The notes beneath the pieces were generated by a model, which searched no databases, was not told the origin of the DNA, and was given only the letters and a program-made list of their open reading frames with translations. This document shows, one piece after another, positions 33,872 through 43,047 of a stretch of DNA of 64,000 nt. How positions within the stretch are numbered: the first letter of the stretch is position 1; the number at the start of each line of letters is the position of its first letter. Location: positions 57,268 to 121,267 of the forward strand of contig JBBIOM010000002.1 of the NCBI GenBank assembly GCA_037443365.1, written 5' to 3'. The translations under genes were made by a program, and so were the position numbers. This DNA is from Armatimonadota bacterium. GTDB taxonomy: Bacteria; Sysuimicrobiota; Sysuimicrobiia; Sysuimicrobiales; Humicultoraceae.

Positions 33872-34635
33872 CGCCGCGCCGCCTCCGGCAGGCCGACCTC
33901 CGCCAGGATCTCGGCAACCGCCCGCGCGGCCGGGGAGTCGTCCGGTAGTTCCAGCAGAGGCCGGCCCTCCAGTTCGTAGGCCGCGACCAGCGGGTCCTCG
34001 GGCACCACCCCGCCCAGGCGGATACCTCCCTCGCCGAAGACGCGCTCTACCGCCACGGGGACCGCGGACGCGCGGTTGACGACGAGCGCGATCTCCCTGA
34101 CCGAGAGACCGAGCTCCTGCACGAGGTCCTGGATGCGCCGCGCGGCCTTCACCCCGGCCAGGCTGGGGTCGCTGACTATCAGGAGCAGCCCGACGTCGCG
34201 CGTGGTGCGCCGGCTGAGATGCTCCATCCCGGCCTCGTTGTCCATGACGACGAAGGGGTAGCCGCCCATGAGGCGGTCCAGGTAGTCGCGCAGCAAATGG
34301 TTGGCCGCGCAGTAGCAGCCCGCGCCCTCCGGCCTCCCCATCACGATCAGGTCGACGCCCTCCCCCTCGGCCAGGCAGTCCTCGAGGTGGTACTCCAGGT
34401 AGGTCGCGCGCGGAAGGTTGCCGGGCACTTCGCGCATCCCGCGGGTCTCGTGCAGCACGTCGGAGATCGCCCGGTTGGGCCGCAGCCCCAGCGCCGCGTC
34501 CAGGTTCGTGTTCGGATCTGCATCCACGGCGAGGATTGGGGTTCTTCCTGTGCGGCGCAGCGCTCGAATGACCAGCCCTGCCATGGTCGTCTTACCCGTT
34601 CCGCCCTTGCCGGCCACCGCCAACACAAACGGCAT
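33868..34635 (-). CDS. cooC: CooC/AcsF-type Ni-insertion ATPase
   Basis: P-loop AGKGGTGKTT and the CxC metal motif GAGCYCAANH. Confidence 0.85.
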   Translation of the reverse strand: MPFVLAVAGKGGTGKTTMAGLVIRALRRTGRTPILAVDADPNTNLDAALGLRPNRAISDVLHETRGMREVPGNLPRATYLEYHLEDCLAEGEGVDLIVMGRPEGAGCYCAANHLLRDYLDRLMGGYPFVVMDNEAGMEHLSRRTTRDVGLLLIVSDPSLAGVKAARRIQDLVQELGLSVREIALVVNRASAVPVAVERVFGEGGIRLGGVVPEDPLVAAYELEGRPLLELPDDSPAARAVAEILAEVGLPEAARR

Positions 34636-34648
34636 CCTCGCGCCCTCC

Positions 34649-36568
34649 TCAGTCCTGCCTGCCCAGCTGCGCGCAGGCGCGGGGGAACCTCGTGCAGTCC
34701 GTGTGCGGGAGGAACGTGGCCGAGACGTATTCCTCCATGAAGCCGGCGTCGGTGCTGAGTTCCCGGTAGGTCATCTTCGCCGCCACATCGGCGGCCCGGC
34801 GCCAGGTCTCATGGGAGAGCAGCGCCATCTTGGAGCCGGCCACCGACCCGTTGCCTATGAAGGTCACGCGCTCTACCGGCACATCAGGCAGCAGGCCGAT
34901 GAGGATGGCCTTCGAGATGTCGAGGTAGGTGCCGAAGCCGCCCGCCACATAGATGCGCTGGATGTCGCGGATGTCGATGCCCAGCCGCCGGGTGAGGAGC
35001 GAGCCGCCGGCGTAGACCGCGGCCTTCGCCCTCAGGAGGTTCTCGATGTCCGCCGAGGTCAGAACGATGTCGCGCCCCGCGGCGCTCTCCTGGGCCGGGA
35101 CGATCACCGCCTCAAGGCCGTCCGGGCCCTGGCGCACCACGGGCGCATCGGGCCGCAGCCGGCCAGCCCGGTCCAGGTACCCTGCCGCGAGCAGCTCCGC
35201 GAGGAGGTCAACCAGGCCCGAGCCGCAGATGCCCCTGGGCCTTCTGCCTCCAACCGTGGACCAGGAGAGCCCTCCATCGGGATTCACCTTCACGCGCTGC
35301 ACCGCCCCCATGGCCGCGCGCATCCCCCAGGTGATGCCACCCCCTTCAAACGCCGGGCCGGCTGAGCAGGCGCAACACACGAGGAAGTCGCGGTTTCCCA
35401 CAACGGTCTCGCCGTTGGTGCCCACGTCAACCAGCATGCCGAGCTCGTCGGCTTCATCCAGGCCGGCGGCCAGCACATCGGCGGTGATGTCCCCTCCCAC
35501 ATAGCTGCTGACCCCGGGCATCCAGAAGACCGCCCCGTGGGGATTCACGCGCAGCCCAACCTCGGCGGCGTGGAAGACCGGGGGTACGGAGATCACCGGG
35601 ATGTAGGGGTCCCGTCGTATCTCGGTCGGGGGAAGTCCAAGGAAGAGGTGCAGCATCGTGGTGTTGCCCGCCAGCACAACGCCGACGATCTCGTCTCGAG
35701 AGGCGCCCTGCGCCTGCGCGAGCCCGCCGATCAGCGCGTTGGCCCCGTCCAGCGCGGCGTCCCTCAGCCTCTGGAGCCCACCTGGCTCGTCGGCGTGAAC
35801 GATGCGCGAGATCACGTCATCTCCGTAGGTGGCCTGCCGGTTGAGCGCGGCCGCGGCTCCCAGCGTGGCTCCGCTCGCCAGGTCGACCAGGTGCGCCACG
35901 ATCGTGGTGGTGCCCACGTCCAGTGCCACGCCGTACAGCCCGGACGCGGCAGCGCCGGGCCGCAGCGCGACGAGACCGTGGGTGCCGTCCGTACGTGCCA
36001 GCACCGCGGTGACCTCCCAGTTGGCGTCACGCATCACCTGTGGCGCCGCGCGGAGCACCTCAAGGGGAACAACGAGGTCCTGGATGCCGCTGATCCGCCG
36101 CAGCTCACGGGTCAGGCGGCCGAGGTCGCTCAGGTTGTCATGGATGGTCGGCTCCGGCAGTTGCAGCGGAAGGGCGAACACCAGGGGATCGGCGGGAGCC
36201 GGGGCGGCGTACTCCGGAGGCCTGCCCACGGCCTCCTCGGGGGTCGGAACGAACAAGCCATTCCTCTCGGCCCCGGTCAGGATCTGCTCGCCCTCCAGCC
36301 GGGAGAGCTCGGAGACATCCACGGTGACGTCGCCGGTTATGCGGCAGAGGCAGGCCAGGACCTCCCCGCCGCCAGGGATGCGGCCGCCCTCCTCGACCTC
36401 GGCCCCGCCCGCAACGATCCGAACCCGGCACCTCCCGCAGATGCCTCTCCCGCCGCAGACGCTGTTCAGCGCGATCCCGGCCGCGAACGCCGCGTCCAGG
36501 ATGGTCTGCCCTGGCTCGGCCGCGACGGCGCCCGCATCCGGCTGGAATCTGACGATAGGCGCAGGCAC
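34649..36568 (-). CDS. Reductive activator of the corrinoid/FeS protein (RACo-type, 2Fe-2S ferredoxin + ASKHA ATPase)
   Basis: N-terminal CGGRGICGRCRV plant-type ferredoxin motif, followed by a large ATPase body (LDVGTTT, VDVGTNGE). The start is proposed at GTG 36568 (MPAPIVRFQP), just after the acsC stop. Confidence 0.75.
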   Translation of the reverse strand: MPAPIVRFQPDAGAVAAEPGQTILDAAFAAGIALNSVCGGRGICGRCRVRIVAGGAEVEEGGRIPGGGEVLACLCRITGDVTVDVSELSRLEGEQILTGAERNGLFVPTPEEAVGRPPEYAAPAPADPLVFALPLQLPEPTIHDNLSDLGRLTRELRRISGIQDLVVPLEVLRAAPQVMRDANWEVTAVLARTDGTHGLVALRPGAAASGLYGVALDVGTTTIVAHLVDLASGATLGAAAALNRQATYGDDVISRIVHADEPGGLQRLRDAALDGANALIGGLAQAQGASRDEIVGVVLAGNTTMLHLFLGLPPTEIRRDPYIPVISVPPVFHAAEVGLRVNPHGAVFWMPGVSSYVGGDITADVLAAGLDEADELGMLVDVGTNGETVVGNRDFLVCCACSAGPAFEGGGITWGMRAAMGAVQRVKVNPDGGLSWSTVGGRRPRGICGSGLVDLLAELLAAGYLDRAGRLRPDAPVVRQGPDGLEAVIVPAQESAAGRDIVLTSADIENLLRAKAAVYAGGSLLTRRLGIDIRDIQRIYVAGGFGTYLDISKAILIGLLPDVPVERVTFIGNGSVAGSKMALLSHETWRRAADVAAKMTYRELSTDAGFMEEYVSATFLPHTDCTRFPRACAQLGRQD

Positions 36569-36593
36569 TACGCCACCACTTCCACACGGTTCC

Positions 36594-37952
36594 TCAACTG
36601 CTGGCTGCGGCGCTTGCAGCCTTCCATTGCGTGCGCATGAAGGCCGGAATGCCCGCCGATTCGCGCGGCCCAACCATGATCTGCCAGCCACTCAGCTCCT
36701 CGAGCTTGCCGCTGAGGGCCGCTATCCCACCGGGAATCACCGCGCGGCGGTGGCCGACGCGGTCGGCGATTTGCGAGTCCGCGATCGCCTTGGCGATTGA
36801 CTCGGCGTTGAACTTGTCGGCCGCCCAGGCGGTCATCACGGATTGGCCTTCGGTGTTCACCACCACGACCCAGGCCGGCGTCCGGCTGGTCTCGGTATCG
36901 GCTTCCACCGTGAAATAGGTCAGCGAGAAGTTGGTCGTGACCAGTACCGGCGAGGCGTCGTCGGGTGTCCCGACGGTATGGATGCCCGGCTCCACCTGAA
37001 TCGGCTTCTGCGGGTCGGTGTATATGTTCTGGCGAGCGGTGACCAGTGCCAGCGCCTGCCAGGGCTCCAGTTCCTCGGTCACCACCAGGGCCGCGTACTT
37101 GCAGACGTACGCGCACGCCTGCACGAGATGGTCCAACGGGTCGTCGGCGGTGGCGAACGCCATCGCAGGATACCCCAGCGGCCGGAAGGTCTTGCGCAGC
37201 GCCAGGCGCCGGATCTGCGTGAGATCCTGCAGCGTCGCCGCAGGCGTCCTGGCCCCGCTATCAATGACCAGGTCGCTGACCCCGGCGGCGGCGATGCGCG
37301 CCGTAAGGTCGGCCAGCTCGTCGAGGTTACCCCCGCGCACAGCCAGCGGGCAGCCGCAGCTCTTGGCGAGCTTTGCCATCGCCTCCCAGTTCTCGGCGGT
37401 CGCCGCGTAGAGCAGCGGCCGGTTCGCCCGGACGGCGGAGGCGGCCGCGCCGAGCGCTTCGATCGAGGGGCTCACAAGGAGCAGGGCAAGACCCATCTCG
37501 TCGGCCAGCCTGGCCGCTGCCGCGAACCGCTCGGGCTCGCCGGTGGCGTCTTCGAGCGCAACCATCTCGATGCGCACGTGCTGGCCGACGCGATCGAACT
37601 GAAGCGCCTGGACGCGCTGGAAGGCCGCGCGCAGCTCCTCCGCGGAGCGGTCGGTGCGGACGCGCACGGCCACGGCCGTCGGGTGATAGAAGGTCTCCTC
37701 GTGCCGGAACAGCACCGTCTCCTTCCCCATGACGATGCACTGCTTCTCGGGCCCGACGCTGACCAGCCGTATGGGCGGCGCTGCCGCGCCGGCCAGTGTG
37801 GCCTTGGTGTCTTCGCTGGCGTACGGGCAGGCGTCAATGGCCACCTTCTTGGTGGCCAGCTGCATGGCGAACGCCAGGCAGGTGGGGAAGGCGCACTCCC
37901 CGCAGTTCGTCTTGGGCAGGAGCTTGTAGATGTCAAGCGCTGTGAGCGGCAT
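36594..37952 (-). CDS. acsC: Corrinoid iron-sulfur protein large subunit
   Basis: MPLTALDIYKLLPKTNCGECAFPTCLAFAM (N-terminal 4Fe-4S motif), 452 aa. Confidence 0.9.
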   Translation of the reverse strand: MPLTALDIYKLLPKTNCGECAFPTCLAFAMQLATKKVAIDACPYASEDTKATLAGAAAPPIRLVSVGPEKQCIVMGKETVLFRHEETFYHPTAVAVRVRTDRSAEELRAAFQRVQALQFDRVGQHVRIEMVALEDATGEPERFAAAARLADEMGLALLLVSPSIEALGAAASAVRANRPLLYAATAENWEAMAKLAKSCGCPLAVRGGNLDELADLTARIAAAGVSDLVIDSGARTPAATLQDLTQIRRLALRKTFRPLGYPAMAFATADDPLDHLVQACAYVCKYAALVVTEELEPWQALALVTARQNIYTDPQKPIQVEPGIHTVGTPDDASPVLVTTNFSLTYFTVEADTETSRTPAWVVVVNTEGQSVMTAWAADKFNAESIAKAIADSQIADRVGHRRAVIPGGIAALSGKLEELSGWQIMVGPRESAGIPAFMRTQWKAASAAASS

Positions 37953-37966
37953 CGTGTCTTGACCCC

Positions 37967-40153
37967 CTATAGCAACGCTGGCATCTGGAGCGCCGGGTGA
38001 CCCACTCGCTCCAGGTGTGCGACGAGTTCCTCGACCGTCGTGGCCATTGTCTCATCCGCGATCTTGTCCACAAAGCCTTCGTCGCCGATGTCCTTGGCCC
38101 GGACCGCGAGCTTCTCGCGAAGGGCGTCCTTCAGCTCCTTGGGCATCCACACCAGGCGTTGCAGCCCGCCGTCGGCCGGGATGAACTTGCGGCTGGCCAT
38201 GTACAGGCGCCCAACCCCCAGGAAGCCCGGAGTCTGAACGCCTCCGCCCACCATGCCCGCCAGCGTGCTGAAGGTCATGCCCAGCGGTGTGAGGCCAGCA
38301 AACTCCCGGTTGACGATGATGACACCGTTCGCCTCGGGCACCAGGCCCATGATGCACTCGAAACACCCGCACGACGTCATCGGCGAGTGAATCATCGAGT
38401 AGAGACTAACCTGCTCTACCGTCTTGTTGGTCTTGTTGTAGACGAAGGCGTTGATGCCCTCGTACATTCCAAGGTTGGCGTCCAGGCACGCGCCCTTCTC
38501 GATCGGCTGGTTGGGACCCGCGGAGTTGATCTCGTAGCTGGCCTTCCCGTCAAGCCAGTTGTAAGCGCCGCACAGACCAAGCCGCTCCGGCGAGATTACG
38601 CAGACGTGGTTGGGCGCGTAGGACTGGCAGAGGGTGCAGGAGTAAAACACGTCCACCGTCTCATCGGTCATGCCGGCCACGCGCGCGTCGCGCTCGTCCC
38701 AGACCTTGCGGGCTTCCTCGATGATCTGCGAAACCTGCTCAGCCTCCGAGTAGATGGTGACCGCGACCTTGTCAACCAGTGCCGGGAACTCCTCCAGGTA
38801 CTTGGCATGGAGGATCTCGCCGAAGTGACGGAGCCGGAACCCGGCGGCCACCGCATCCTTGCTGACCCTTATCCAGGGCATGTCGCGCTGGCCGATGTGC
38901 ATGACTCCCATGGCCCCGTTGATCAGCCGGTGAATCTGCCGTTCCAGGATTGGCTCGAAGTCCTTCTGGAGCTTGCGGCCGGCAACGTCAATCAGGATGC
39001 CGAGCGGCATCACGCCGCCGGGGGAGACCGTGTCCATGTCGGGCCCGATCACCTCGATCCGCCCGTCCTCGACCTCGTGCAGCTCCCTCCCTCGCAGGAA
39101 CTCGAACGCGGGCGAGACCTGGCGGCCAAACTCGACGTGGAGCTGCTCCTTGCGCACGCGTTCGCCCTCGAACGCCGCGCTGTAGGATACCGGGATCGGA
39201 ATCTTGGTGATCTTGAGCTTCAGTCCCCGCACCTCCACCGCCTTGGCTACCATGCGGTCGTGCGGGATGTTGCTCACCACGTGTTCGTAGGTGCAGATGC
39301 CGGTGGGGAGTATCTGGGGGATGTCGGTGTCCGCGATGACGGGGAAGCCGAAGTTGATGGCGCCCGCGGCTGTGGCGTACTTCTCGTCGTCAACCTCACC
39401 CAGGGCCAGCACAAAGGCAAACACCCGCTCCTTGTTGTAGAGCAGGATCTGCCTCCCGCGGGCCAGGTCGCCTGGGGCGATACCGCCGAACGTCATGGCT
39501 GCACGGGCGGCGAAGTTGAGCGCGTACACGGCGGCGCTGGTCTCCCGGCCGTAGGGTACCAGGTATGTGTCCCAGGACATCTCCACGCCGGCCTCGGCCA
39601 GCTGCTCGGCCATGCTGTGTCCATCGGTGCTGCTGGCCAGGAAGACCAGGATGTTGCGCTCCTGCAGCTCGCGGGCCAGCTTGACCGCGGCCTCGGTGGT
39701 CGGCATGGCGCCCACGCACGCGGCGAATCCGGGCATGCGGCCGTCCACGAGCTTGATTCCCTGTGTGCGCAGGATCGCGTCGTCGGTGAACCCGAGGAAC
39801 ACCCCATCGGGCTGAGTACCGTTGGCGTACCGCAGGGCCTCTATGATCTCCTGAGACATCAGCGTGGCGACCCCCGCGTCGAGCGCACCTCCCAGGTAAG
39901 GAAGCCACGTCTTGTCGGTGGGCACGGGCGGAAGCAGGTTCCGCGCGATGCGCAGCGGCTCCCACGCGTCCCCGAACGTCTTGACCCTGATCCCGGTCAG
40001 GGCCAGGATCAGGGGCAGGTTGAAAGCGGTGTTGGGAAACTCCAGCCGATGGCCGGCGCCCTTGGACTCGATGGCCTCAACGAGCTTGCCCTCGGCCTCG
40101 GCCACGTACTTGTGCGCCCCTCTGATCGCAGCGGTGGCGATGATGCGTGACAT
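37967..40153 (-). CDS. acsB: Acetyl-CoA synthase (A-cluster subunit of CODH/ACS)
   Basis: 728 aa, with the A-cluster motif TSCGCFECI and CTLCQSYAPNHVC. Confidence 0.95.
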   Translation of the reverse strand: MSRIIATAAIRGAHKYVAEAEGKLVEAIESKGAGHRLEFPNTAFNLPLILALTGIRVKTFGDAWEPLRIARNLLPPVPTDKTWLPYLGGALDAGVATLMSQEIIEALRYANGTQPDGVFLGFTDDAILRTQGIKLVDGRMPGFAACVGAMPTTEAAVKLARELQERNILVFLASSTDGHSMAEQLAEAGVEMSWDTYLVPYGRETSAAVYALNFAARAAMTFGGIAPGDLARGRQILLYNKERVFAFVLALGEVDDEKYATAAGAINFGFPVIADTDIPQILPTGICTYEHVVSNIPHDRMVAKAVEVRGLKLKITKIPIPVSYSAAFEGERVRKEQLHVEFGRQVSPAFEFLRGRELHEVEDGRIEVIGPDMDTVSPGGVMPLGILIDVAGRKLQKDFEPILERQIHRLINGAMGVMHIGQRDMPWIRVSKDAVAAGFRLRHFGEILHAKYLEEFPALVDKVAVTIYSEAEQVSQIIEEARKVWDERDARVAGMTDETVDVFYSCTLCQSYAPNHVCVISPERLGLCGAYNWLDGKASYEINSAGPNQPIEKGACLDANLGMYEGINAFVYNKTNKTVEQVSLYSMIHSPMTSCGCFECIMGLVPEANGVIIVNREFAGLTPLGMTFSTLAGMVGGGVQTPGFLGVGRLYMASRKFIPADGGLQRLVWMPKELKDALREKLAVRAKDIGDEGFVDKIADETMATTVEELVAHLERVGHPALQMPALL

Positions 40154-40210
40154 GGCTTCTTCCCTCCTAACGTTTCTATGGACCAGGGGTCCAGCATCAA
40201 CAGACCAGGG

Positions 40211-42145
40211 CTACGCCCCGACCAGAACGGCATCGTGCATCATGGGCCGCAGCTTGAGGGCCTCGCGCTTCTTGTTCAGGTGGGCCACGATGAGGCCGGC
40301 CCCCTTGATCGGGTCGGTCTCAAACGCGAACCGGCCCCCGGTTGCGCCCTCGATCTCCTCGGTCACGTAGCGGGTAACCGTGTCGCTCCCCAGGATGTTG
40401 AGAGGAGAACCCAGCACGGTCAGTATGCCGGAGGCGACGGCGTAGAACCCAATCGCTATCGCCTTCTCTGACCACCAGCCAGGGGCGGCCGCGGCCACGG
40501 GCAGCTCGGAGAAGTCGCGTCCGATCCCGCCTTCCTTCACCATCTCGACGCAGGCGGTGAGGATCCGGCTGTTGTCCACGCACGACCCGGCGTGCAGAAC
40601 CGGCGGGATTCCCACGGTCTCGCAGATCTCCTGCAGGCCCCGGCCGGCGTACTTGAGGGCCGCCTCCGGACGCAGGAGCCCGATCTTGCCGCAGGCAATG
40701 GCGGAGCACCCGGTCTGCACCACAAGCACATCGTGCCGGAGCAGCTCGGTCACCAGGTCGAGATGGCACTGGTCTTGGATCTGCTTCGGGCTGTCGCAGC
40801 CCACGACCCCTACCACGCCCCGGATACGGCCGGCGATGATGGCGTCGTTCAGAGGGCGCCACCCTCCGCGGTAGACGCCTCCCAGCATGTGCGTGATGGA
40901 CTCGGTCGTGAACCCTGCCACGACGTCCATCCTCTGGTCCGGGATAACGACCCTGGAGCGATCCCTGCGCGCGAAGTTCTCTACTGCCCGCCCGACGATC
41001 TCGCGCGCCGATTCAACGGCCCGGTCCTCGTGGAACGGGATGTGCCTGGTGCCCGGGATGCGGGCCTTCTCCGAGGTCGCGATGATCTCCGAGTGGAAGC
41101 ATGAGGCCGCCTCGACAAGGCCGGGCATTATGCACTGAACATCCACCAGGAACGCGTCCACCGCCCCGGTTATCATTGCCAGCTCCTGCTGCAGGAAGTT
41201 GCCGGCGATCGGAACGCCGCGGCGCATCAGAACCTCGTTGGCCGTGCAGCATATCCCGGCGACGTTGATTCCCGTCGCGCCCAGCTCCTTGGCCCGCTCT
41301 AGCAGCGCCGGGTCGGCGGCGGCGTCAACGATGGCCTCGGCCAGCATCGGCTCGTGGCCGTGCACGAGGACGTTCACCTGATCGGCCCGCAGCACGCCCA
41401 GGTTCACCTGGGCCCGCAACGGGACGGGGGTCCCGAAGAGGACATCCTGGAGGTCGGTGGCGACCATCGAACCGCCCCACCCATCTGCGAGCGAGCTGCG
41501 GATCCCGCCCAGGATGAGGCTCTTGTAGTCGGTGTCCACGCCCATGTTGGTGCGGTGCATCACGTCCACGACCTCGCGATCCACACCGCGCGGGGTGACG
41601 CCCAGCCTGCGCCATGCTTCCTGCTGCTTGGACGGCGCGCGGCGGACGAAGGCCAGCTCGCCTTCCTGCTGCCCGAACTGCGCCAGACAGGCCTGGGCCA
41701 CCTCCTCGGCGATCTCAGCCGCGCTGCGGCCATCCAGGGCGACCCCGAGTTCCGCGGCCAGCGCGCGCAGCTTGCCCTCATCCTTGATGCCGTAGCCCGG
41801 CGCCTTTCCACGCGCCGCCATGAGAAGCAACTGGGCCACCGACCGGCCGTGATCGGAGTGGGCGGCCGAGCCCGCAGCCATGTCGCGCGCCAGCCTCCGC
41901 GCGGCGACGGTGTCTATGTTCGCGCCGCATACGCCTATCTGGGGCCGCTTGCTGCCGGGCAGCCCCAGGTTGCACGGCCCGAGATGGCAGACGGTGCAGC
42001 AAATCCCCAACTCGCCCACGCGGCACTGGGAGCCCAGGGCTTCGTAGCGGTCCCAGATCGTGCTGATCTTCTCGGCCTTGGCGCGCCCCCGCATCTCCAC
42101 GCTGGCAGGATCCGTGCGGCCCGGTTGCTGGGCAGTGTCACTCAT
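40211..42145 (-). CDS. acsA: Ni-dependent carbon monoxide dehydrogenase catalytic subunit
   Basis: N-terminal Cys cluster GICCTVCHLGPC, plus CGANIDT, HGHEP and GSCVDN patterns; 644 aa. Confidence 0.9.
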   Translation of the reverse strand: MSDTAQQPGRTDPASVEMRGRAKAEKISTIWDRYEALGSQCRVGELGICCTVCHLGPCNLGLPGSKRPQIGVCGANIDTVAARRLARDMAAGSAAHSDHGRSVAQLLLMAARGKAPGYGIKDEGKLRALAAELGVALDGRSAAEIAEEVAQACLAQFGQQEGELAFVRRAPSKQQEAWRRLGVTPRGVDREVVDVMHRTNMGVDTDYKSLILGGIRSSLADGWGGSMVATDLQDVLFGTPVPLRAQVNLGVLRADQVNVLVHGHEPMLAEAIVDAAADPALLERAKELGATGINVAGICCTANEVLMRRGVPIAGNFLQQELAMITGAVDAFLVDVQCIMPGLVEAASCFHSEIIATSEKARIPGTRHIPFHEDRAVESAREIVGRAVENFARRDRSRVVIPDQRMDVVAGFTTESITHMLGGVYRGGWRPLNDAIIAGRIRGVVGVVGCDSPKQIQDQCHLDLVTELLRHDVLVVQTGCSAIACGKIGLLRPEAALKYAGRGLQEICETVGIPPVLHAGSCVDNSRILTACVEMVKEGGIGRDFSELPVAAAAPGWWSEKAIAIGFYAVASGILTVLGSPLNILGSDTVTRYVTEEIEGATGGRFAFETDPIKGAGLIVAHLNKKREALKLRPMMHDAVLVGA

Positions 42146-42942
42146 ACCCTTACCCTCCCCTTGAACCTGGTCTCCAGTGCGTCGGTCAGCCGGGCCACTG
42201 CGGCGGCCACGGCGGCATCGTCCGTTTCAGCCTGTCTTCCCGTGCGTTCGGCCTCTGCTAGGACTTCGCTATATGGAATCGTCCCGATCAGTTCGAGACC
42301 ATCGAGGTGCTCGGTCATGAAGGCCTCGTCGGTGGAGCCGCGTACTCGGTTGGCCACACCCAGCACCTCGGCGATCCCTATCTCGCCGGCCAGGCGCCTG
42401 ATACGGCCGGCCGTCTCCAGGCTCGCCCGGCTGGGATCCAGCACCACCAGCAGGGCGTCGGCCGCGTGGGCGCTGCGCCGCCCCAGGTGTTCGAGCCCGG
42501 CCTCCAGGTCAACCAGGAGGGCCTGGTCGCGCTCCAGCGCCAGGAACTCGATCACGCGACGCAGCAGAACGCTCTGAGGGCACGCGCACCCGGCTCCGCC
42601 TCGCGTTATGGCGCCCGCCACCACGAGACGGATGCCCCGGTGGGTCACCGCGACCCGCTCCACTAGGTCGTCCACCTTGGGGTTCAGCCGCACGATGCCG
42701 TCGGCGCCGCCGACCCGCTGCTCGATCTCCTCCCGCAACTCCAGCAGGGGCGTCATAGGCAGAGGCGGCAGCCCCAGGGCTGCCGCCAGGGTGGGGTTCG
42801 GGTCGGCGTCTATGACGGTCACGCGGTAGCCGCGCTCCGCCAGAGATGCCGCCAGAAGGGCCACCAGGGTAGTCTTGCCAACCCCCCCCTTCCCTGAGAC
42901 AGCAAGCTTCATGGGTGTAGTAGGCGCCATCTTCCCCTGCAT
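42142..42942 (-). CDS. cooC: CooC-type Ni-insertion ATPase, copy 2
   Basis: P-loop SGKGGVGKTT and GGAGCACPQ (CxC). The start could instead be Met11 (42912). The stop overlaps the acsA ATG (ATGA). Confidence 0.85.
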   Translation of the reverse strand: MQGKMAPTTPMKLAVSGKGGVGKTTLVALLAASLAERGYRVTVIDADPNPTLAAALGLPPLPMTPLLELREEIEQRVGGADGIVRLNPKVDDLVERVAVTHRGIRLVVAGAITRGGAGCACPQSVLLRRVIEFLALERDQALLVDLEAGLEHLGRRSAHAADALLVVLDPSRASLETAGRIRRLAGEIGIAEVLGVANRVRGSTDEAFMTEHLDGLELIGTIPYSEVLAEAERTGRQAETDDAAVAAAVARLTDALETRFKGRVRV

Positions 42943-43047
42943 TATCCGAAAACCCCCCTGGGGGGAGGCATCGGGTGTGGAGTGGATTCTTCGACTGCCC
43001 GCCCGATGACTCGCCGCGAGCGCCCGGATCCGTGGGCTTCTCGGGCC

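Noticed and set aside
37997-40150. 717-aa plus-strand ORF covering all of acsB.
   Set aside because: It is antisense to an unmistakable acetyl-CoA synthase gene. The translation is Arg/Gly/Leu/His-rich with no motifs, a typical shadow ORF of a high-GC genome.
5015-42942. Calling the Wood-Ljungdahl array a mobile or genomic island.
   Set aside because: I saw no integrase, no flanking repeats, no tRNA target and no obvious compositional break by eye. Acquisition as a unit stays a question for compositional and phylogenetic tests, not a claim.
42953-42965. Annotating the C6-T-G6 palindrome as a firm intrinsic terminator.
   Set aside because: A full 6-bp stem would leave a 1-nt loop, so the realistic stem is only ~4 bp. 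The T-run is short and the element abuts the cooC start codon. It is reported only as a low-interest observation.
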